From Gemmatimonadota bacterium (GTDB taxonomy: Bacteria; Gemmatimonadota; Gemmatimonadetes; Gemmatimonadales; GWC2-71-9): a DNA stretch of 64,000 nt. The stretch lies in assembly GCA_003246755.1 (NCBI GenBank), contig QKDC01000102.1:32804-96803 (forward strand), read 5' to 3'. Positions 1-8,440 of the stretch are shown here, one piece after another. The notes beneath the pieces were generated by a model. It had not been told where the DNA came from and searched no databases. It was given only the letters and a program-made list of their open reading frames with translations. The position numbers were made by a program, and so were the translations under genes. How positions within the stretch are numbered: the first letter of the stretch is position 1; the number at the start of each line of letters is the position of its first letter.

Positions 1-2724
1 AAGCCCGAGAACATTCTCATCGAAGAGACCGCGGGTGGTTACCGCGCCCTTCTCGCGGACTTCGGGATAGCGTTCGCCATGTGGAGTGAGGGGAATGGCA
101 CCGGTCCAGGAATCGCGATGGGCACCCCGGCCTACATGAGCCCCGAACAGGCGGCGGGGGAAGGCGTTGATGCCCGGAGTGATATCTATTCCTTGGGGGT
201 GGTCACCTTCGAGATGCTGGCAGGGCGTCCTCCGTTCGATGGACCACGCCGCACGGTGATCTCACAACAGATCGTGGACCCTCCGCCCGACCTGATCACC
301 CTCCGTCCCGACACGCCCCAGCATCTGGTCTCCGCGGTATCGCGTGCCCTGGAGAAGGTACCCGACGCCCGATGGCAGAGCGGCCATGATTTCCAGAAGG
401 CCCTCATGGGTCAGCTCGGCCCGGGAACCACAAAAGCCCCCGCCCGGAAGAGGAAACGGGCGTGGGTCTTGGCGGCGGCGATCATTGTGGCGTTCGCTGC
501 GGCGGGGTGGGCCACGCTTCGACCGGAAGGTCCCCCCAGCGGTGTGAATCCCAGGCACTCCTTCCTCGTCCTGCCGTTCGGCAATCTCCGGAACGACACG
601 CACTTTTCCTGGCTCGCCTCGGGTAGTGTCAGCATGCTCGACCTCGCCCTCGGCCAATGGCGGGAACTCACTGTGATCGGGCAGGAGCGTGTGCACGACA
701 TGCTCGTGGCCGAGGGCCTCGAAGCAGGGAGCCCCATTGGCCTCGACATGGCCCGTCGGCTGGCCCGCGAGGCAGGGGTGTGGACCGTGGTCCTTGGCGA
801 ATTTGAGCGAACGCGAGATTCGTTGCATCTCGTCGCCAGGGCGTTCGATGTTCAGACCGGGGCTCGCCTCGAGACGGCAGAGGCGTGGGGTCACCTCGGT
901 GATGACGCCCGGGTTCTCTTCGACGACCTGGCCGCCAGGCTCCTCGAACTGTCAGGGGCGCCTGACGGGCAACGGACGAATCTCGCCCGCGTGACCAGTT
1001 CATCGTTGGAAGCCTACCGAGCCTACCTCCGAGGACTCGATCGCCTGAACCGCTGGGATCTCGGCGAGGCGGAAGAGTATTTCAGCGAGGCCACCACCAT
1101 CGACAGCTCGTTCAGCCTCGCATTCTTCCGTCTGGCGGTCACACGGGGGTGGCGCTCGACTGCCCGGGACTCTCTCTCTGCTCGCTATCTCGCCGAAGCG
1201 ACTCGCTTCAGTGAACGACTGCCGCTTCGCGAGCAACAGATGATCGGCGCATACCGGGCGTTGTTCCAGGGGGAGTACCCGGAGGCGCGGAACCTCTACC
1301 AGGAGGTGCTCACTCGCGATTCGGCCGACGCCGAAGCTTGGTACGGCCTGGGTGACGCCTGGTTCCACGACCTTACACCCCAAGATCGTGCCGCGGCCAT
1401 GACCGCGTCTCTCGCTGCGTTCCGCAAGGCTCTGTCGCTGGATCCACACTTCGGCCTCGCCTACGAGCACGTCACCGCGATGCTCAACCAGTCCGCCCAG
1501 GCCAGGTCGCCGCTCGCGCTCATGCCGGGTGGCCGGTTCGTGCGGCGTTTCACACCCGGGGGCAACGACGCGATATCCAGCCCGACGCAGCAGCAGGCGA
1601 TCACGAGGGCCCAGACCGAGGCCATCGAGACGGCGCGTGCTTGGACCGAATACCAACCCGAGACTGTCCGCGCCCACCGTGCGCTACTCGAGGCCTATCT
1701 CGCCACGGGTGATCCCCAAAGTGCATTGGGTGTCGTTGGAGGCATCGGCAACTTGCTGTCTGAGGAGATGCGCCCGCTGGCAGGCTTCCTGGAGGCCCGG
1801 GTCCGTCTCGTCCTCGGTGATGCGTCGACCGCCGCCGGGGTGCTCCGGGATGCCTTGAGCCGTTTCGATCCCCTGGCAGTGAGCGGGACGGACCTCGAAC
1901 AGCAGGTCGTGTTCGATGTCCTGTCGGGGACAAACGTATTTGCCTACGTCGGTGATCTCACGAGCGCCGAAACGGTTATCCGTGTGGCCGATCAACTCCG
2001 TCGCAGGGCCCTGCCGCCCGGGACGATCGTGGACGCCTATGGGGATGATCGGGTGTGGGCGGATGCGCACCTCTCGTCCCTTCACAGTTCCGCCGGGACG
2101 CCTTCCTACGAACTCCGCGAGTTGTGGCGCCGGGTTTCCCGGGTGGCAAGAGGGGCCCTTCCGGCCGAGCGACCGATCTTGGCGTGGGCCGGCGCCTCCG
2201 CCGCACAGGGGTTGCTGCTTGGTGAGTCGGCGGACCCGACCGCCATCGACCAGCTGCGCGATCTCACCGGGGTTCCGCCGAGATCGGAACTTCGCGCCCT
2301 GGTGGCTGCCGTCACTGGCGATTCTGCGGCGGCCCGGGCGGCGCTCGTGGAGGGTGAAAAGGAGGGCAAGTACTTGGCGGACGAGCCTCACCTCAATCAA
2401 TCCGCTGCCTTCGCCATGGGCGACCCCCGACCGATCACCGCCGAAGTGCATTTCCTTCTCGGGGACTACCTCAAGGCGGTCGATCTGCTCGAATCGTTCC
2501 AACCCGAGCGTCTTGGTACCCGCGGGTTCGATTCCCGCTGGGGTTTGTTGGCCCGTGTACGCTTGCTTCGCGGCCTGGCCTACGAGAAGCTTGGACGGAC
2601 CTCCGACGCCAGCCGCGAATTCAACGATATCGTGGCGCAGTGGGATGGAGCCGATGAACGGCTGATGCCCGTCGTGGAACAGGCCCGTGCGGGGCTCTCC
2701 CGCATCCGAGGCGCCACGGGATAG
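1..2724 (+). CDS. Ser/Thr protein kinase, 5' end cut by the window edge; kinase C-lobe, one TM helix, large TPR-like C-terminal region
   Basis: Frame 1 is open from base 1 (KPENILIEE..DFGIA..GTPAYMSPEQ, Hanks subdomains VIb-VIII) and continuous with track ORF 79..2724. Hydrophobic segment WVLAAAIIVAFAAAGWA. Helical repeat-like C-terminus (SSLEAYRAYLRGL..). Confidence 0.85.
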   Translation, partial: KPENILIEETAGGYRALLADFGIAFAMWSEGNGTGPGIAMGTPAYMSPEQAAGEGVDARSDIYSLGVVTFEMLAGRPPFDGPRRTVISQQIVDPPPDLITLRPDTPQHLVSAVSRALEKVPDARWQSGHDFQKALMGQLGPGTTKAPARKRKRAWVLAAAIIVAFAAAGWATLRPEGPPSGVNPRHSFLVLPFGNLRNDTHFSWLASGSVSMLDLALGQWRELTVIGQERVHDMLVAEGLEAGSPIGLDMARRLAREAGVWTVVLGEFERTRDSLHLVARAFDVQTGARLETAEAWGHLGDDARVLFDDLAARLLELSGAPDGQRTNLARVTSSSLEAYRAYLRGLDRLNRWDLGEAEEYFSEATTIDSSFSLAFFRLAVTRGWRSTARDSLSARYLAEATRFSERLPLREQQMIGAYRALFQGEYPEARNLYQEVLTRDSADAEAWYGLGDAWFHDLTPQDRAAAMTASLAAFRKALSLDPHFGLAYEHVTAMLNQSAQARSPLALMPGGRFVRRFTPGGNDAISSPTQQQAITRAQTEAIETARAWTEYQPETVRAHRALLEAYLATGDPQSALGVVGGIGNLLSEEMRPLAGFLEARVRLVLGDASTAAGVLRDALSRFDPLAVSGTDLEQQVVFDVLSGTNVFAYVGDLTSAETVIRVADQLRRRALPPGTIVDAYGDDRVWADAHLSSLHSSAGTPSYELRELWRRVSRVARGALPAERPILAWAGASAAQGLLLGESADPTAIDQLRDLTGVPPRSELRALVAAVTGDSAAARAALVEGEKEGKYLADEPHLNQSAAFAMGDPRPITAEVHFLLGDYLKAVDLLESFQPERLGTRGFDSRWGLLARVRLLRGLAYEKLGRTSDASREFNDIVAQWDGADERLMPVVEQARAGLSRIRGATG

Positions 2725-2755
2725 GTCGGGACCCGATCGTCGATTACGTTTCCAA

Positions 2756-3139
2756 GGGGTCGGGCGGGATGGTCGCGGGAGAACTTCGGTTCACCCGAGG
2801 AAAGTCCGAGCTCCATCGGGTAGGCTGCCAGGTAACGCCTGGGCGCCGCGAGGCGACGGAACAGGGCCACAGAAAAGACACCGCCTCCACCCAATGGGTG
2901 TGGGGTAAGGGTGAAATGGTGGGGTAAGAGCCCACCGCATCACTGGCAACAGCGATGGCGAGGCAACCCCCAGTCGGAGCAAGGCCAAATAAGCGACGAG
3001 GTGTGACCCACACCGTCCCCCACCGGCAACGGTGTAGTCGCGGGTAGGCCGCTCGAGGCGTCCGGCGACGGACGTCCCAGAGAGATGACCATCTCCCTCA
3101 CGGGGGAAACAGAACTCGGCTTACGGCCCGGCCCACCCC
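2756..3139 (+). ncRNA. rnpB: RNase P RNA, bacterial type A
   Basis: Universal motifs seen directly: GAGGAAAGTCCG (2797-2808), CCAGGTAACGCCTGGG, ACAGAAAAGACACCGCC, GGGTGAAA, GGTAAGAGCCCACC, ACAGAACTCGGCTTAC near the 3' end. The 5' GGGGTCGGGC can pair with the 3' GCCCACCCC (P1). No convincing protein ORF here. Ends approximate to +/-10 nt. Confidence 0.9.
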
Positions 3140-3178
3140 CCGGACATGCCTTTGGCGTCCCGGGGGGCGTTTGTTTTT
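3136..3178 (+). terminator. Intrinsic terminator-like hairpin after rnpB
   Basis: CCCCCCGG (3136-3143) pairs with CCGGGGGG (3160-3167), 16-nt loop, followed by the T-rich tail GCGTTTGTTTTT. Confidence 0.5.
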
Positions 3179-3200
3179 GACACCCACACTCGAGGTTCCC

Positions 3201-3980
3201 ATGCTCTTCGCATCGTTGGTCTTCGCCACGGCCTTGACCGGCGCACCGGGCGATCCGGCCCCCGCACCGACTCGCTATCGCATAGAACAACAGATCGAAA
3301 GCCAGGTAGACCTCTCAGCGTTCGGGCAGGGCGAGCAAGTCCAGACCCAGAACTTCACCTGGTTCACCACCGTCGCGCTCTCCGACAGTGCTGGTGGGCG
3401 GGCACTGCACGTCATTCTGGATTCCGTTCAGGCGGATCTCGGTATTGCCCAGGTCTTGGCGGCGAGCTATGACAGCGTCCGAGGAACCGTGTACCATGGG
3501 TATCTCGATGACTGGGGCCGGCTTCAGTCGTTCACCACCACATCCAACGGGGGACTCTTCCAGGGACTCTTCGAGGCACAGGTGAAGGGGCTCTTCCCAC
3601 GCATCAAGCCGAATGCGCGCGAAGGGGAAAGTTGGACCGATACCCTGTCGATCGAGACCGACACACCTCAGGGCACGATGAACGCGGTGACAATCACTGC
3701 GTTTCAACTCGGCGGCTTCGAGATGCAGGCAGGGGTTCAGACCACCCGGATTGATGCTTCGTTCACGGCGACGACGCGGGGGACGTTGCAGACACCCGCC
3801 GGACCTGCGGACCTCGAGGGGCAGGGGAGTGGCACAGGGCGCTACTACCTCACGGTGGATGGTCAGCTCGTGAAGTCGGCGTCTTCCCTGACGGGTGATG
3901 CGCTCATGACTGGGGGGTTTGCACCGGTCCCGATCCCGATCAGGACGACCACTTCCACCACGGTCACCCGTATCGAATAG
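3201..3980 (+). CDS. Hypothetical secreted protein
   Basis: Track ORF 3171..3980. Its TTG start lies inside the terminator T-tract, so the in-frame ATG at 3201 (MLFASLVFATALTGAPG, signal-peptide-like) is preferred. No recognisable family. Confidence 0.55.
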   Translation: MLFASLVFATALTGAPGDPAPAPTRYRIEQQIESQVDLSAFGQGEQVQTQNFTWFTTVALSDSAGGRALHVILDSVQADLGIAQVLAASYDSVRGTVYHGYLDDWGRLQSFTTTSNGGLFQGLFEAQVKGLFPRIKPNAREGESWTDTLSIETDTPQGTMNAVTITAFQLGGFEMQAGVQTTRIDASFTATTRGTLQTPAGPADLEGQGSGTGRYYLTVDGQLVKSASSLTGDALMTGGFAPVPIPIRTTTSTTVTRIE

Positions 3981-3987
3981 CGGTAGC

Positions 3988-4773
3988 GTGTCGCGACCCC
4001 TCGTCCGGCGGAGTGCACGGTTGGGGTTCTATGGAGCCTCGGTCTTCGCCGTCTGGCTTCTGGCCGTCTGGCCACCACCCTCTTGGTACCGGGCACACGC
4101 GCCGCGCCGCACAGCATTCATGGCGATGCGAGCTCGGGAGGCGATCGCCTCCTCCGCTCACACCACCCACCAGTACCTTCCCGTCTCGCTCGACGAGATT
4201 GCCCCCTCGCTCCAGCAAGCGGTCATTGTCGCGGAAGACAGGCGGTTCTTCGAGCACGGTGGGGTGGATTATCAGGCCGTACGGGAGGCGATCGGGTATC
4301 GGCGAAGCGAATTCTCCTGGGGCAACCCAGGTGATCGAGCCGCGCTGTGGTCGGCACTCACCTCGCTCTGGGGCCGACGCCATGAGGTGAGGGGGGCGAG
4401 CACAATCACCCAACAACTCGCGAAGAACCTCTATCTGTCGCCGTCCCGCAATCCCTTGCGCAAGGTCAAGGAGGCGGCAACCGCATATCGACTCGAGGCC
4501 GTCCTGAGCAAGCATCGGATCCTGGAGTTGTACTTGACGGTGGTGGAGTTGGGGCCGGGTGTCTGGGGAGTGGGTGCCGCCAGTCATCACTATTTCGGCA
4601 AACCCCCGAGTCGGCTTACCGCTGGTGAGGCGGCTCTCCTCGCAGCCACACTACCCTCACCGCTCTCTGCCAACCCGGCCGATCATCCGGAGCGGATTCG
4701 CTGGAGGCGGGACATGATTCTCCGCCGCGCTCTGGGATACCCGGTGGCCATTCCGCCGCAGGATGAAAAATGA
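3988..4773 (+). CDS. mtgA: Monofunctional peptidoglycan glycosyltransferase (GT51)
   Basis: GT51 motifs AVIVAEDRRFFEHGGVDY, GASTITQQLAKNLYLSP and RKVKEA. N-terminal TM helix. In-frame GTG at 3988 chosen because the track start at 3919 overlaps the upstream gene. Confidence 0.85.
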   Translation: MSRPLVRRSARLGFYGASVFAVWLLAVWPPPSWYRAHAPRRTAFMAMRAREAIASSAHTTHQYLPVSLDEIAPSLQQAVIVAEDRRFFEHGGVDYQAVREAIGYRRSEFSWGNPGDRAALWSALTSLWGRRHEVRGASTITQQLAKNLYLSPSRNPLRKVKEAATAYRLEAVLSKHRILELYLTVVELGPGVWGVGAASHHYFGKPPSRLTAGEAALLAATLPSPLSANPADHPERIRWRRDMILRRALGYPVAIPPQDEK

Positions 4774-4775
4774 GA

Positions 4776-4802
4776 CGCGGCCGACACATGATGCCGGCCG
4801 CG
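4776..4802. terminator. Hairpin between convergent mtgA and dnaN
   Basis: CGCGGCCG (4776-4783) and CGGCCGCG (4795-4802) form a perfect 8-bp stem with an 11-nt loop; weak T-rich flank TTCTCTCGTT. Confidence 0.4.
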
Positions 4803-4826
4803 TTCTCTCGTTCCCCCGTCAGGATA

Positions 4827-5939
4827 TCAGTCTACAAGGCGTAGGGGCATCACCAACGTGAGATAACTGGCTGGGTCATCCCAACCCACCGGCTCACAGG
4901 TCGCGGCCCGCTCAGGGGCTTTGAAGGTCATGCGCACTTCTTCCGTCGGTGTGTACTTGAGGATCTCGAGCATGTACGCGGCGTTGAACCCAATCTCCAG
5001 AGGATCACCTTCGTAAGTCACCGCGAGTTCTTCCTGGGCCTCTCCGAGATCGGGTGTCTGAACGGAGAGTTTGCAGGTCCCCGCAGTGAAGGCCATGCGA
5101 ATCCGATGCGTCTGGTCGCTGGCCACCGTACTCATGCGGCGCAACGCAGAACTCAGGGCCTGGCGGTCGGCGGTAACGACCTTGTCATTTTCCCGCGGGA
5201 TGACCTGCTCGTAGTTGGGGTACGGTCCCTCGATCAAGCGGGTGAAAATTTGCGTCCGCTCGGATCGGAAGCCCAGGTGGTTCTCACTCTGCGCGATTTC
5301 GATGTCGTCCTCGGACCCGAAGAGCCGCCGAATCTGATCGAGCGCCTTGGGGGGAACGATGAGATCCGCTGTTGCACCCGAACTCGAGGTGATGGGAACA
5401 TCCATCTTCGCCAGCCGATGTCCATTGGTCGCTACCATCCGCATACGATCCGGTCGGAGTTCCCACAGGACTCCATTCAGGATCGGGCGGCTCTCTTCGA
5501 CACTTGCGGCAAAGGCCACGTGCCCGATGAGTTTCTGCAGTTCCGCCGACTGGACCTTCCAGGCATCCGTGAAGGAGACGGCTGGAAAGGCGGGGAACTC
5601 GTCCCGCTGTAGGCCCAGCAGCTTGAACTTGGATCGGCCGGACTCGAGGGACACCCGTTGTTCACCCGAACCGGCGAAGCGGATCCCCCCGGTGGGAAGT
5701 TCCCGGACGATTTCCACGAGTTTCTTGGCCGGGAGCGTGATGGCTCCCTCCTCCTCCACACTCGCCGCCACCGACGTCGTCACGGCGATATCCAGGTCCG
5801 TGCCCGAGAGACGGAGCCCTTGACCAGTCGCTTCCACCAGGATGTTGGAGAGAACCGGAAGGGTCGTCTTGGTCGGGACTGCAGCAGCGACCGCGACAAG
5901 TCCTTCTTGGAGGTTTTCACGCGTGATCGTGAACTTCAT
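4827..5939 (-). CDS. dnaN: DNA polymerase III beta sliding clamp
   Basis: 370 aa starting MKFTITRENL..LSNILVEA. Typical DnaN length and sequence, directly downstream of dnaA. Confidence 0.97.
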   Translation of the reverse strand: MKFTITRENLQEGLVAVAAAVPTKTTLPVLSNILVEATGQGLRLSGTDLDIAVTTSVAASVEEEGAITLPAKKLVEIVRELPTGGIRFAGSGEQRVSLESGRSKFKLLGLQRDEFPAFPAVSFTDAWKVQSAELQKLIGHVAFAASVEESRPILNGVLWELRPDRMRMVATNGHRLAKMDVPITSSSGATADLIVPPKALDQIRRLFGSEDDIEIAQSENHLGFRSERTQIFTRLIEGPYPNYEQVIPRENDKVVTADRQALSSALRRMSTVASDQTHRIRMAFTAGTCKLSVQTPDLGEAQEELAVTYEGDPLEIGFNAAYMLEILKYTPTEEVRMTFKAPERAATCEPVGWDDPASYLTLVMPLRLVD

Positions 5940-6170
5940 TCCGGTACCGACGGTGTGGGGAGGAGTTCTGTAACTATCATATTAAAAGATACTAGTAGTC
6001 GTAGTAGAGTACCGGGAAATGTGGACCCGGTGCGGAAGTCTCACGGAGAGAATGACTCCGGCCCCCTGACTTCATGTGAAACTCCTGTTGGCGTTCTGGA
6101 TACTGGTAGCCGAATGTGGTCAGGCGCTTTCCTTTCCCCATCGCTCCACACGACATATGCGCCGCGGCGA
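5940..6170. other. Candidate oriC (dnaA-dnaN intergenic): AT-rich unwinding element plus degenerate DnaA boxes
   Basis: A ~46-bp AT-rich island (5967-6012, TCTGTAACTATCATATTAAAAGATACTAGTAGTCGTAGTAGAG) in otherwise GC-rich DNA. Flanking TGTGGATAA-like 9-mers: TGTGGACCC 6020, TCTGGATAC 6095, TGTGGTCAG 6115, and GCTCCACA ending at 6150. Confidence 0.45.
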
Positions 6171-7565
6171 CTACCGTGCGAACAACTCCTGTTTCGCCGC
6201 CTCGACCCGCTCCCGGAATACCCGGTCTCGTTGTAACTGCTTCATCACCTTCTCGACGCTGTGGATCACGGTCGAGTGATCCCGGCCACCGAACGCCTGG
6301 CCAATTTCCACCAGCTGCATCTGCAGGAGTTCGCGCGCAAAGTACATGGCGATTTGGCGCGGCACGGTAAGACTCTTGATTCGCGCTTTCGAACGAAGGC
6401 CCTCAGGGGTGACCCCCCAGCGCCTGGCGACGACCTCCTGGACGCGATCGATCGAAGGAAGACTCTCGGGCTTCTTGGTTGCCTCGGAGGCCTCTGGGTG
6501 CAGTTTGTCGGCCAAGGCTTCGCGTGCAAGGTCTACCGACACTTCCCGGTGCCGCAGCGAGGCGTACAGGAGGAGTTTGATGATACAGCCCTCCAACTCA
6601 CGGACACTGGAGCGCACGTTCTGGGCGATGAAAGCCAGCACGTCATCCGGAATGGCCATCTCGAGGTGATCCTGCTCCGCCTTCTTCCTCAGGATCGCGA
6701 TCCGGTGCTCTAAATCAGGATGCCCAATGTCGGCCACCATCCCCCAGACAAAGCGGCTGACCAGCCGCTGTTCCAGCCCAGGCAACTCGTTCGGATGACG
6801 GTCAGAGGTCAGAACGATCTGCTTGCTTCCCTCGTAAAGCGCATTGAACGTATGGAAGAACTCCTCCTGTGTGGCCTCTTTCCCCTCCAGAAAATGCACG
6901 TCATCGACGAGGAAGAGATCCACGTCGTGCCGGTACCGTCGCCGGAGGTCGGGCATGGTGCGTCCGTGAATGCCTTCGATCACCTCGTTGATGAACTGCT
7001 CGGCCCCCACATAGAGGACGCGTGTCTCGGGTGTTCGAGCCAGGACCTGGTGGGCGACAGCCTGCATCAGGTGAGTCTTGCCGAGACCCGTGGCCCCGTG
7101 AATGAAGAGCGGGTTGTAGGTCTTCCCTGGGGTTTCCGCCACGGCAAACGCGGCGGCCGCGGCGAGTTCGTTCGACTTGCCGATGACGAAGGTCTCGAAG
7201 GTGTAGCGGTCGTTTAGCGGTTGTGCACTTGGATTCTCGCTGGCTACCGTCGCCCCGGCGGGAGCAGGTGGCGGGGCCACGAAGAAATCCATCTGGGGGC
7301 GTTGTTTCCGATCCTCCAAGACCCGAAACACGACTTCGGTGGGAACCTCGAGGACGGACGTCGCGAGCCGTGTGAGGAGCGGAGCGTGCTTCGATTCGTT
7401 CCACTGGACGGCGAACTCGTCCGGAGCGCCGAGCGTGAGGCAGCCACTGTCCAGACTCAGGGGCTCGGTTGGGGCAAGCCAGCTCTGAATCGTGTGGTCG
7501 GGCAGTTCTCCGCGAGCGGCGTCAAGGATCTGAGTCCACGCGTCTTTGGCGGATGGCTGCTGCAT
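6171..7565 (-). CDS. dnaA: Chromosomal replication initiator DnaA
   Basis: 464 aa. Walker A GATGLGKTHLMQA, AAA+ core, and the C-terminal DNA-binding signature GGRDHSTVIHSVEKV. Confidence 0.98.
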   Translation of the reverse strand: MQQPSAKDAWTQILDAARGELPDHTIQSWLAPTEPLSLDSGCLTLGAPDEFAVQWNESKHAPLLTRLATSVLEVPTEVVFRVLEDRKQRPQMDFFVAPPPAPAGATVASENPSAQPLNDRYTFETFVIGKSNELAAAAAFAVAETPGKTYNPLFIHGATGLGKTHLMQAVAHQVLARTPETRVLYVGAEQFINEVIEGIHGRTMPDLRRRYRHDVDLFLVDDVHFLEGKEATQEEFFHTFNALYEGSKQIVLTSDRHPNELPGLEQRLVSRFVWGMVADIGHPDLEHRIAILRKKAEQDHLEMAIPDDVLAFIAQNVRSSVRELEGCIIKLLLYASLRHREVSVDLAREALADKLHPEASEATKKPESLPSIDRVQEVVARRWGVTPEGLRSKARIKSLTVPRQIAMYFARELLQMQLVEIGQAFGGRDHSTVIHSVEKVMKQLQRDRVFRERVEAAKQELFAR

Positions 7566-7686
7566 TGCAACTCGAAGTGAGATGGTGACACCAAGGGAAG
7601 GCGATTGTAGAGGTTGAATGTGGAAAAGTCAACCTTGACCTTTGCGCCCTTGAATTGCTAGCTTTGCGGCCCTTATTGGAGGATCT

Positions 7687-7848
7687 ATGCTGCCCACCTA
7701 TCGCCCACGGAACAAGCGGCGAGTTCGAAAACATGGATTCCGCGCGCGGATGGCGACGCGCTGGGGCCGTGCGATACTATCACGTCGTCGCAAGAAGGGC
7801 CGCAAGCAACTGACGGTCCGGATTCCCACCAAGCACGGGGGATCCTGA
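7687..7848 (+). CDS. rpmH: 50S ribosomal protein L34
   Basis: Not in the track (53 aa). My translation is [53 protein letters not shown]. Classic L34 sequence, upstream of rnpA. Confidence 0.95.
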   Translation: MLPTYRPRNKRRVRKHGFRARMATRWGRAILSRRRKKGRKQLTVRIPTKHGGS

Positions 7849-7895
7849 CGGCCAGCGAGGGTCTTCCCCCGTCCCACAGGCTTCGGTCGGCCGCC

Positions 7896-8192
7896 TTGGT
7901 GCGGCGGACCCTCCGGCAGGGGAAGCGGAAACGCCTGGATCACCTGGACGTGTCTTGGATGGACAATACAGCGGGCCACCCACGGTTGGGGCTGATCGTG
8001 CCGAAGCATCGGTCCACCGCGGTGGCCCGTAATCGTTTACGACGGCGGCTGCGAGAAGTGTGGCGTCGTGACCTTCAGAATCTGCTGCCGGCTTGGGATG
8101 CGGTGGTTCGCGCCCGGCGAGAAGCGTACACGGCGAGTTTCGCCGACCTGAGAAACCAATTACTCGCATGGCAGGCAGGGATCCCGCGATGA
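7896..8192 (+). CDS. rnpA: RNase P protein component; real start probably upstream, see finding
   Basis: [25 protein letters not shown] is the RnpA RNR motif region, in the rpmH-rnpA-yidD-yidC synteny. The first canonical start is TTG 7896, but conserved N-terminal residues continue upstream to CTG 7845. Confidence 0.9.
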   Translation: MVRRTLRQGKRKRLDHLDVSWMDNTAGHPRLGLIVPKHRSTAVARNRLRRRLREVWRRDLQNLLPAWDAVVRARREAYTASFADLRNQLLAWQAGIPR

Positions 8193-8422
8193 CGATGCTG
8201 GGGCTCATGGCGCCGCGACGAATCGTGGCGGTCTTGATCAGGGGCTACCAGCGGTTTGTATCCCCGATACTTCCCGCAAGCTGTCGTTTTCATCCCTCCT
8301 GCTCCCAGTACACCCTTGAAGCTGTGACCCGATACGGGGTGGTCCGAGGCGGATGGCTGGGTTTCCGTCGGCTGATTCGCTGTCACCCTTTCAACCCTGG
8401 CGGGTTCGACCCGCTTCCCTGA
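8189..8422 (+). CDS. yidD: Membrane protein insertion efficiency factor YidD
   Basis: [38 protein letters not shown] signature. ATG 8189 overlaps the rnpA stop (ATGA). Confidence 0.9.
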   Translation: MTMLGLMAPRRIVAVLIRGYQRFVSPILPASCRFHPSCSQYTLEAVTRYGVVRGGWLGFRRLIRCHPFNPGGFDPLP

Positions 8423-8440
8423 AACCGGACTTCCACGCGC

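Noticed and set aside
7662-7896. Thermus-like complete overlap of rnpA with rpmH (the rnpA frame is open across the whole rpmH gene)
   Set aside because: The open frame contains no ATG, GTG or TTG, and its translation upstream of about 7845 does not resemble RnpA. The openness is probably a GC-bias effect. Only the short CTG-initiated extension is proposed.
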